From the IMG/VR virus record IMGVR_UViG_3300028638_000013, positions 1 to 59,859 of that record: DNA of 59,859 bases; one strand, given 5' to 3'. Of this stretch, positions 28,940-36,619 are shown one piece after another (position 1 is the stretch's first letter; the number at the start of each line of letters is the position of its first letter). A program made the translations under genes and the position numbers. This stretch comes from a virus (lineage: Duplodnaviria; Caudoviricetes). The notes beneath the pieces were generated by a model. It ran no database searches and was not told where the DNA came from. It was given only the letters and a program-made list of their open reading frames with translations.

Positions 28940-30016
28940 ATGAAAATAGATATTAAAAAAATGTCGCCCGGTGAGCGACTTTATTATTCGGAATTGGTAG
29001 AGAAATACAACCCTTACCACGACAGCAAGGGCCGGTTTGCGCCGCGAAATGGAGCAAAGGGATACTCTATACCCCGAAACTCGAAAAACCTCAAAGCAGA
29101 AGATCCTCCGGAAGGCGTCACCATCCACCGCAGCGGAGCAGATGGAAAACGAGTTAAACAGACATCAATTGTCGGGCTGCCGGACCCGCCGCCACAAGCG
29201 CCGAAAAAGCCGGTGAAGCCTACAAATAAGGATTACAATACATCAACGGATTTAGTCAGAGACGCTCAATGGACTAAAGTACACAAGACCCTAGGGTTTG
29301 ATCATGACTTAGATAAAGCCGTCACGATGTACGCCAAACCGTTTATAGATAAATACGGAAATGGAAAATCCTTGAGAATGGGAAATCAATACGACCCATC
29401 AGGTCGACAACTGTTCTTTCACGACGACTATGAAAATCAATCACACTTTGGAGCAAACGACCCAAAGAAATACACCCATAGCACCAGAGACAAAGTCCTG
29501 CAGGCGATTTATAAAAAGCAGGGATACGATGCAAAACCAGAGAAATTGAGCAAAAAAGACTTTGACGCCTATTTGAAAGCAAACAAAGCAGATGGCGCGA
29601 AAGAACTGTTTCGTTTTGTTGGAAGCAAAGCATCGGCTGATCAATTCAGGGACGGCAGTTATCACTTCGCAGGCGATGGTATCTTTGGGAATGGAACATA
29701 CACGGGTGATCACCGATGGAAACGCGGAAATCCAAGGGCGACTGCATACGGAAATAATGGCATCAGAATGGCTCTAAAGCCCGGGGCAAAAGTTATCACA
29801 GATTACCAACTCAAAAAAGAGCACAATAAATTTCTAAACGACCCCAAAATTGATTCAAGAGACAAGATCACATTTGGTACACCAACCAGATATGCCGCAG
29901 GAAAGGGATACGATGCGGTAAAGGTTCCAAAAAACGAGAACACCTCCGGCGGAACAGCCGACTACTTCATCCTTCTGAACAGAGGCGCGGTCATCGTTGA
30001 TGGTGATTTCAACTAA
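28940..30016 (+). CDS. Effector 3: scaffold-like leader + NPYHD motif + PARP/ART-like domain
   Basis: AGGAGG RBS supports ATG 28940; VEKYNPYHDSKGRF; LFR, GIFGNGTYT, AYG, GYDAV, YFILLNR. Confidence 0.7.
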   Translation: MKIDIKKMSPGERLYYSELVEKYNPYHDSKGRFAPRNGAKGYSIPRNSKNLKAEDPPEGVTIHRSGADGKRVKQTSIVGLPDPPPQAPKKPVKPTNKDYNTSTDLVRDAQWTKVHKTLGFDHDLDKAVTMYAKPFIDKYGNGKSLRMGNQYDPSGRQLFFHDDYENQSHFGANDPKKYTHSTRDKVLQAIYKKQGYDAKPEKLSKKDFDAYLKANKADGAKELFRFVGSKASADQFRDGSYHFAGDGIFGNGTYTGDHRWKRGNPRATAYGNNGIRMALKPGAKVITDYQLKKEHNKFLNDPKIDSRDKITFGTPTRYAAGKGYDAVKVPKNENTSGGTADYFILLNRGAVIVDGDFN

Positions 30017-30019
30017 AAC

Positions 30020-30049
30020 GTTGCTTTGAAGAAGCGGTGGAGGTATAAT
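30020..30049 (+). promoter_or_regulatory. Internal sigmaA promoter with operator-like site
   Basis: TTGCTT-17-TATAAT; gttgctttgaagaagc. Confidence 0.65.
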
Positions 30050-30086
30050 GAAGTTGGAAAGAAGTAGCCAAACGGAGGTGGAGAAA

Positions 30087-30287
30087 ATGAAAGCCGAATT
30101 AAGCCACAGACTCGCAAAGGTATCCGGAACCATTAGTATGATGGACGGAGCGAAACAATTCTGGGACGAACTTCCCAAAGTCAACGATTTCAAAGATTTC
30201 TCGCCTAATGTTCAGCAAATGATCCTGAAAGCCGAAATACAGCGGGCGGACAAGTGGGCTCAAGCTGAAGCGAGACAGAGAAAATAA
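30087..30287 (+). CDS. Small partner of effector 3 (putative immunity)
   Basis: GGAGGTGG RBS supports ATG 30087; has own promoter. Confidence 0.55.
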   Translation: MKAELSHRLAKVSGTISMMDGAKQFWDELPKVNDFKDFSPNVQQMILKAEIQRADKWAQAEARQRK

Positions 30288-30305
30288 TTTCATAGGAGGT
30301 GCAGC

Positions 30306-31052
30306 GTGAGAGCATCAACTTTCGCGAAGTACAACCCGTATCATGACCGCAAAGGGAGATTTGCAAACAGGGATGGTGCGGCGGGGTACTCGCTGCCTCG
30401 TTCTCGCTCAAACCTCCTCGCGAAACCAGATCCACCGCCGGGCGTGACTGTACACGTCAGCAACCCAGGTGGATCACGTAGTAAGATGACATCGATAACC
30501 GGCGAAGACAAGAAAAAATCAGCGCTGAAAGAATCCCTCGACAAAGTAGAAAGCAAAATCAGAATGCAACCGAAAGAAAGCGGCGTTCTAGTTGATGACA
30601 ACGGCAATATTCTGATGGATAAAAGCGGCGGAAAAAGCAGCGTCAAATTTACGTCGGCGGATGTCGCAAAATTCAGAGGGAATATTCTCACCCACAACCA
30701 TCCCGGCGGCGGTCCATTTAGTCCTGCAGACATAAATACAGTGGTCAACACAGGGCTAAAGGGGATCAGAGCGGTAGGCGATGACAACATCGACTATGTT
30801 TTAAAACGAAACGCAAACCCAAACAACGTCTCAAAGATGATGGATGTTGCCAGCGGAATAGAAAAAACGATTAAAAGGACCGTAAAGGCAGAAAAGCCGG
30901 CAATAATGGACGAAATAAGAGCCGGTTCTTTGTCCGTGGATGAGGCTAACAAAAAGATAACCAAAATGATCCACAAAGAGATCGAAAAATTCATAGAAGT
31001 GGCAATCACACCTGACACCGGATGGGACTACAAGCGCATCGACAGGAACTAA
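30306..31052 (+). CDS. Effector 4: NPYHD leader + JAB/MPN-like metallo-domain
   Basis: FAKYNPYHDRKGRF; KESGVLVD...LTHNHPGGGPFSPAD. Confidence 0.8.
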   Translation: MRASTFAKYNPYHDRKGRFANRDGAAGYSLPRSRSNLLAKPDPPPGVTVHVSNPGGSRSKMTSITGEDKKKSALKESLDKVESKIRMQPKESGVLVDDNGNILMDKSGGKSSVKFTSADVAKFRGNILTHNHPGGGPFSPADINTVVNTGLKGIRAVGDDNIDYVLKRNANPNNVSKMMDVASGIEKTIKRTVKAEKPAIMDEIRAGSLSVDEANKKITKMIHKEIEKFIEVAITPDTGWDYKRIDRN

Positions 31053-31067
31053 AAAGGAGGCGCAGCC

Positions 31068-31223
31068 GTGAAACAGAAAAAAGACAAAGGAATCGTGCTT
31101 GACGATTCACCTTTGCATTACGATTTCAGGAAAGACCCAGAATTCCAGAAAAAAGATAAGTTAACCAAAGCAGAGCTCAAGTACAAAGAAGAGCTCGAGA
31201 AGAAATACGAGAAAAAAGAATAA
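31068..31223 (+). CDS. Small partner of effector 4 (51 aa; not in ORF track)
   Basis: AAGGAGG RBS, GTG start; MKQKKDKGIVLDDSPLHYDF...ELEKKYEKKE. Confidence 0.7.
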   Translation: MKQKKDKGIVLDDSPLHYDFRKDPEFQKKDKLTKAELKYKEELEKKYEKKE

Positions 31224-31233
31224 CCAACCTGAC

Positions 31234-31258
31234 GAAAACACCAGAAATGGTGTTTTTT
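31234..31258 (+). terminator. Rho-independent terminator
   Basis: aaaacacca-gaaa-tggtgtttt + T-run. Confidence 0.7.
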
Positions 31259-31287
31259 ATTATGCAATGAAAGGGGGTGAGATCGAG

Positions 31288-32418
31288 GTGGCAACAAAAC
31301 TACGCAACCTTAACATTAAAAAAGTCGATTTTGTCGACGAAGGAGCAAACCCCGACGCACACATCACGCTCTACAAGCGACGGGAAGCCGGGAAGGGAGA
31401 GAATGATCAAATGAACTGGCTTGAAAGAGTAGGGAAAGTATTCGCGGATGTTCTCGGGCTTGAAGGGCCGGAGGATATAGAAAAGGCTGTCCAGCTAACC
31501 ACAGTCAAGAAAGCAAAACGTACGGCGCGAGTCTTTGACGAGGTCTGGTGGGGATACTCAGACGCGCTGAGAAAGTCAATAACCAGCATCATCGAGGACG
31601 ACGATCTAGACGAAGCTGAAAAGACAGAAATGTTCACTAAGACCCTCGGTGAATTCTCAGACACCGTTCACAAATCGCTCACCGATACACCAATTCAGAT
31701 CGCGCTGGAAGAAAAAATAGATAAGAACCGCACCGATCACAAAGCGATTCTTGTCAAGATGCGCGATGAACTCACCACCATCATCGAAAAGGCCGACGAC
31801 GAAGACGAGGAATATGACGAGGACGAAGACGATGAAGACGATGATGGTGTTGAAGATGAAGATGACGAAACCACAGATGGCCCGGAGGCAGATGCTGAAG
31901 GAGCAGAGGAAGGAGACGAAGACGAGATGAAGGTAGACAAAAGCAAAATGACGCCGGGTGAACTTGCAGTTTTTGAAGAGATGGAGAAGAAGTACGGCGT
32001 AAAGGCGGAAGAATCCGTCGAGAAGAACATTCACCCAGAGGTAGCGGCAGAACTTGAGTCGCTCAAGAAATTTAAAGACGAGACTGAAATGAGAGAAATG
32101 GTCAGCTTTGCAAAACGCTTTGAAATCATCGGCAAAAAGCCAGATGAACTGGCGAAGAAGCTGATCGATCTCAAGAAATCCGGTGCATTTGACGACTACG
32201 TCGCGGTTCTTGATGAGCAACTTGGACTCGTTGAGAAAAGCGGTCTGTTTTCAGAAGTAGGTAAACGCGGCAGCGAGGGTGGAGATCCATGGTCAATGAT
32301 CGAAAAGGCTGCAGGCGAGATCATGAAATCCGAAAACGTCGGCTACCACGAAGCCATTGACAAAGCCTGCAACCAAAACCCAGACCTCGTCGTTGAATAC
32401 GAGAAGTCCAGACAATAA
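31288..32418 (+). CDS. Head scaffolding protein with N-terminal protease-like segment
   Basis: KVDFVDEGANPDA; very acidic linker; helical; precedes decoration and capsid genes. Confidence 0.75.
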   Translation: MATKLRNLNIKKVDFVDEGANPDAHITLYKRREAGKGENDQMNWLERVGKVFADVLGLEGPEDIEKAVQLTTVKKAKRTARVFDEVWWGYSDALRKSITSIIEDDDLDEAEKTEMFTKTLGEFSDTVHKSLTDTPIQIALEEKIDKNRTDHKAILVKMRDELTTIIEKADDEDEEYDEDEDDEDDDGVEDEDDETTDGPEADAEGAEEGDEDEMKVDKSKMTPGELAVFEEMEKKYGVKAEESVEKNIHPEVAAELESLKKFKDETEMREMVSFAKRFEIIGKKPDELAKKLIDLKKSGAFDDYVAVLDEQLGLVEKSGLFSEVGKRGSEGGDPWSMIEKAAGEIMKSENVGYHEAIDKACNQNPDLVVEYEKSRQ

Positions 32419-32436
32419 GAGAAGGAGGAATAGAAC

Positions 32437-32829
32437 ATGTTTATGAACACTTCGATCAATGAAAGCCCGACGATCTGCGAAAAAGCAGGAGCACCGCTCA
32501 CCGGTGCAGCTAATCTTGCTGTTAAATACGATGCCAACGGCGATGTCGTCCTGGCTGGTGCCGGAGATAGCGCGATCGGTATCTTGACCGCAGACACAGA
32601 AGCCACGGTCGCAACTGGCGACAGGGTAACTCTCGCCATCAAAGACATCGTATTGTGGAAAACCGGCGCTGCTGTGGATAAGGGTGCTGAACTTGCCGCA
32701 GACGTAGCAGGCAAAGCAGTCACCGCCGTAGCAACCGACTTCATCGTCGCTATCGCTTTAGAGGATGCAGGCGCAGCAAACAAAACCATCAAAGTCCAAA
32801 TTGTCAAAGCCGGTTACAAACCAGCATAG
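32437..32829 (+). CDS. Capsid decoration/cement protein (DUF2190-like)
   Basis: Ala/Gly-rich beta protein, GKAV...IALEDA, before major capsid gene. Confidence 0.8.
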   Translation: MFMNTSINESPTICEKAGAPLTGAANLAVKYDANGDVVLAGAGDSAIGILTADTEATVATGDRVTLAIKDIVLWKTGAAVDKGAELAADVAGKAVTAVATDFIVAIALEDAGAANKTIKVQIVKAGYKPA

Positions 32830-32849
32830 TCCGAGGGGAGGAATAATAG

Positions 32850-33869
32850 ATGAATAAGATGACAAACGCAGGCATCCAAGCCCAACTCGCAAAGGGCTGG
32901 AAGCCAAATCAATACCTTTCCAATCTTTCAATGGCATTTTTCCAGAAGGATGAAGACTTCGTAGCACCGGCATTTTTCCCAATTGTGCCGGTTGAACTCT
33001 CGTCCAGCTTTTATTACATCTTCAGCAAGGCCGATCTGTCCAGAGACAATGTCCAGCCAAAGCCAAAGTATGGCAAAGTTGCACCGGCATTGATCGGACA
33101 AAGCGACCAGACGTACAAGTGCGAGGTCGATCAGGTAATCGTCGGTCTTGATCAGATCGAATCCCTGAACTATCAACGAGCAAAAGCACCGGGCGTCGCT
33201 GATCCACGCAGAGCAAAGGTGAAATTCATTACTGAGCAGATCAAACTGCATCAGGATATCATCTTTGCACAGAAGTTTTTCCAAACTGGCGTGTGGACAA
33301 ATCAACTCGCGGGTGTTACGGCGACCCCAGGTGCCGGTGAATTCCTGAAATTCACGGACGACAACTTCGACGTTATCGGCTTCTTCGATGATCTCAAAAG
33401 AGACATTCGTCAGAAGGGCCGACGCACTCCTAACAAGCTCGGTCTCGGTATCAACACATTCAAAGCGCTTAAGAACCATCCGGACATCGTAGAGCGTGTC
33501 AAGTACACCGGCACGACTGCCAACCCTGCCAGAGTCACAGAAAATGTTCTGGCTCAATTGCTTGGTATCGATAAAGTAAAGGTGTTTGAGAGCACATACA
33601 ATGCAGGCGGCATCGGTGAGGAAAACATGCAGTTTACATGCGATCCAAACGCAGCGCTCCTGCTTTATGCAACGGACACCCCTGCCATCGACGAACCGTC
33701 TGCAGGCTATATCTTCACATGGGATATGCTCGGCAACGGCAACTACATGGCCATTGACCAGTGGGAAGGCGAGAACGGCACGCATACTGAATTCGTGGAA
33801 GGCTTGTCCAGCTACGACATGAAGAAGACATCTGACGATCTTGCAATTTACCTCGGGTCTTGCGTCTAA
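32850..33869 (+). CDS. Major capsid protein
   Basis: 339 aa, position; LSNLSMAF, FPIVPV, PNKLGLG, PSAGYIF. Confidence 0.88.
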   Translation: MNKMTNAGIQAQLAKGWKPNQYLSNLSMAFFQKDEDFVAPAFFPIVPVELSSSFYYIFSKADLSRDNVQPKPKYGKVAPALIGQSDQTYKCEVDQVIVGLDQIESLNYQRAKAPGVADPRRAKVKFITEQIKLHQDIIFAQKFFQTGVWTNQLAGVTATPGAGEFLKFTDDNFDVIGFFDDLKRDIRQKGRRTPNKLGLGINTFKALKNHPDIVERVKYTGTTANPARVTENVLAQLLGIDKVKVFESTYNAGGIGEENMQFTCDPNAALLLYATDTPAIDEPSAGYIFTWDMLGNGNYMAIDQWEGENGTHTEFVEGLSSYDMKKTSDDLAIYLGSCV

Positions 33870-33888
33870 GAAGAACAGGAGGGCTGGC

Positions 33889-34284
33889 ATGAATTATATC
33901 GCATTAAAGCCATGCCGGTTTAACGGGAACAACTATGTCGCCGGGGACACTATCCCCGGCGATGCTGTTGTCCCGAGCAGAGTACAAGTGCTGAAAATTC
34001 AAGGGATTATCGCGAATAACCCAGAGCTTGAAAAAAGGCCCGTCAGCGCGCCTGCTTCGCCGGCAAAGCACAAAATCCCTATCATTAAGGCTACGGGTCG
34101 GTTCGAAATCGAACTCGCGCCAGAACAAATCCTGATCGCTCTAGAGATTATTCAAAAAGTAACCGACGAGGCGATCAAAGACATCAATTCCATTGATTGC
34201 GAAGAAACACTGATTCTGATTGACAGGATCGACTCAAGAAAAAGCGTCCGCGACGCAGCGAAAGAACGAGCAGCAAAGCTGTAG
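33889..34284 (+). CDS. Head-associated protein
   Basis: AGGAGG RBS; follows capsid gene; RKSV..AA.ER tail. Confidence 0.65.
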   Translation: MNYIALKPCRFNGNNYVAGDTIPGDAVVPSRVQVLKIQGIIANNPELEKRPVSAPASPAKHKIPIIKATGRFEIELAPEQILIALEIIQKVTDEAIKDINSIDCEETLILIDRIDSRKSVRDAAKERAAKL

Positions 34285-34300
34285 AAAGGGGTGAAGCGCC

Positions 34301-34705
34301 ATGGCTTACACCTATGATCCGGCACAAATCGGCAGCAATAGTAAAGACAAAATGCGGTTTGAACTGGGCGATACATTTGTGGCCAACGGAGCTGATACCT
34401 GTGCGCTGTCCGACGAGGAAATCACAGCGGCTTTAACGGCGTATAAAACCTTCAAAATGGCGAAATTCAAACTGGTTGAATCCATTTATATGCGGTTTTC
34501 AAAAGAAGTCGACACCAGTATCGGTGGTCTGTCTCTCGGAGTACGTGCCCGGGCAGAGCAATGGTCAAAGCTCTATGCCGACCTCAAGTCTGAAATGGCA
34601 AAAGGAGCATCGGCACCATCTTTCAGTCTTGGTGGTGGATCATCTGCGACGGCGGGCGCTCCAATTTTCACTATCGGCATGCACGATAGTCGCGAAACGG
34701 AGTGA
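34301..34705 (+). CDS. Head-tail adaptor
   Basis: YTYDP, MRFELGDT, LSDEEI. Confidence 0.75.
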   Translation: MAYTYDPAQIGSNSKDKMRFELGDTFVANGADTCALSDEEITAALTAYKTFKMAKFKLVESIYMRFSKEVDTSIGGLSLGVRARAEQWSKLYADLKSEMAKGASAPSFSLGGGSSATAGAPIFTIGMHDSRETE

Positions 34706-34711
34706 TGGGGC

Positions 34712-35068
34712 ATGTACCTCAATAGTGATACCGTCTACAAAGTATTCACGGTAAAAAGCAGACAGACAGCGCTCAACGCCAGAGGTCGACAGATCAGAGA
34801 GTCAGGCGAAGAGCTGGCCACATTCAAAGGCGCACTCTCTCAAGCCAGCGAAAACGACATAGACCGATACAAACAGATGCAGCACGTGATCACTCACACC
34901 ATCGTACAGAAGGGTCAACGGGCTGCAGAACAAAACGACATCCTTATTCTGAACGGCACCAACCGGATGTTTATCGTCAAAGACGTCAACAACCCGGGGG
35001 AAATCAAATACGGACTAGGCGCATTTACGACCTATCAGGTGGAGGAGAGAAGGGATATAGATGCATAA
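34712..35068 (+). CDS. Head closure/head-tail joining protein
   Basis: Position, beta-rich 118 aa. Confidence 0.65.
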   Translation: MYLNSDTVYKVFTVKSRQTALNARGRQIRESGEELATFKGALSQASENDIDRYKQMQHVITHTIVQKGQRAAEQNDILILNGTNRMFIVKDVNNPGEIKYGLGAFTTYQVEERRDIDA

Positions 35069-35555
35069 CATTAGCATCAAATGTCAGACGCTCGTCGATG
35101 AAGCCTCACAGGAAGCAATCGCTCGATCCTATCAGGCCAGCACAGAAATGAGGAATGCAGCAATTAATATTCTACGAGGCCAGCGATCAGGGCGGCGATA
35201 CAGAGTGCCCTACACGGGCCCCGGACAAACAGTCAGCGCGAACGGAAAGATCAGGCGACGCAAACCTCGATACTACACAGCATCGGCACCCGGTGAAGCG
35301 CCTGCGAACCGTACAGGGGCATATCGACTCAGCTATAAACCGACGCCGTACGCGATTCGCAGAGGCAACAATCTTCACGTGTTCGCCGCAATTTCATCGG
35401 ACACAAAAACCAAGGACGGCAAGTTGATTGGCGCAATCCTTGAATACGGGACAGAAGACGGAAGAATCGCTCCACGACCGCACAAGAAAATAATTCAAGA
35501 CAGGGCAAAGCAAAGAATCGTGAGGATTTACTCGCGACCTTACCTGAGGAGGTGA
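35061..35555 (+). CDS. HK97 gp10-like neck protein
   Basis: ASAPGEAPANRTG, LEYGT, APRP. Confidence 0.8.
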   Translation: MHNISIKCQTLVDEASQEAIARSYQASTEMRNAAINILRGQRSGRRYRVPYTGPGQTVSANGKIRRRKPRYYTASAPGEAPANRTGAYRLSYKPTPYAIRRGNNLHVFAAISSDTKTKDGKLIGAILEYGTEDGRIAPRPHKKIIQDRAKQRIVRIYSRPYLRR

Positions 35556-35559
35556 ACAG

Positions 35560-36435
35560 ATGCAAGGGCTGGAAGAACTGATCTACAGCGTGTTGAAAGA
35601 CGATGTCGTGTTATCAGCAAAAATGGCCGATTATAATGGCCAACCGGCAATATTTGAACTCAACGCACCGGCTGATACCGACCCCGGATGGTCAGAAATT
35701 CAGTATCCGCGCGTTGTTTACGTCATCGATAAGAGCGAGAACCCGGAACGAAAAGTCAACGGGACGCTTGCCATTGACATTGCAATCACCAACACCGCAG
35801 CTGAGGGGCCGGAAACCATTGAGGCCCGGGTGCGGGAATTGCTCTCAAATGCATTTTACGAGCCTTCAGGAGAACCGCCGGCTGCTCTCGTTTGGAACCA
35901 GACCAACCCGTTTGAGGCCGATGATGAGACGATCGGCGTAACTATGATTTTTGATATGATTGCATTCCCAGAGCAAAGGACCCATTCACCGGACGTCATT
36001 CTCGCTTTGGAATCCTGGGTGAAAGCTAAAATCACAGGAGCACAACTCGTAAACAGGACCCCGGTAGCGCCATACCACTGGAAACCCACGGGCGCAACCC
36101 CGGCTGTTTATTGGCGATCGGTCAATATCCGAACAGATCAAATCACGAACGCAGTGGTCTGGTTGAACATGACGATTAACGGCCACGTCTTCGCTCCTAC
36201 CCCAACTGAAAGGCTCCCGATAATTCGAAAAATCGTCGAAACGCTCGCGCTGGATGCCTATATCTACCTCGCGGACGGATCACCAGCCACCATTCAAACA
36301 GTGGCTGCAGACAGTAACAGAGACCCGCACCGCGATGGCCAGATCAGCCTGACGGTGCGTTTTGGCATTTTAAAACCTGAAGCGAGCGCTATTATTTTGA
36401 ATTACGCCGATTTCGGATCGATTGGAGGTGCGTAG
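35560..36435 (+). CDS. Tail completion/terminator protein
   Basis: Position before sheath; YPRVVY. Confidence 0.6.
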   Translation: MQGLEELIYSVLKDDVVLSAKMADYNGQPAIFELNAPADTDPGWSEIQYPRVVYVIDKSENPERKVNGTLAIDIAITNTAAEGPETIEARVRELLSNAFYEPSGEPPAALVWNQTNPFEADDETIGVTMIFDMIAFPEQRTHSPDVILALESWVKAKITGAQLVNRTPVAPYHWKPTGATPAVYWRSVNIRTDQITNAVVWLNMTINGHVFAPTPTERLPIIRKIVETLALDAYIYLADGSPATIQTVAADSNRDPHRDGQISLTVRFGILKPEASAIILNYADFGSIGGA

Positions 36436-36436
36436 T

Positions 36437-36619
36437 GTGGCAAAAACCACATTGCAAGCGAAATACAGCAAAGCTGAACTGATTGCCGCCGCAGAAACTG
36501 CATTCGGTGTCAGACCAGAAGTCGTGCAAGCGACGCTGACGGTTAATAAAATCAACGAAGCGACCAAAGACGAGGCCGCGGCACTGATCAAGCAATTCTT
36601 AGCAAGGGAGGTTAAATAA
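36437..36619 (+). CDS. Small pre-sheath protein
   Basis: YSKAEL..FG..PEVV...IKQFLAREV; GGAGG RBS. Confidence 0.65.
   Translation: MAKTTLQAKYSKAELIAAAETAFGVRPEVVQATLTVNKINEATKDEAAALIKQFLAREVK

Noticed and set aside
31795-31930. GAY/GAR-rich low-complexity tract
   Set aside because: Encodes the acidic scaffold linker; not an independent repeat element.
32928-33890. 320-aa antisense ORF over the major capsid gene
   Set aside because: Codon-register shadow of a highly biased gene; no recognisable motifs.
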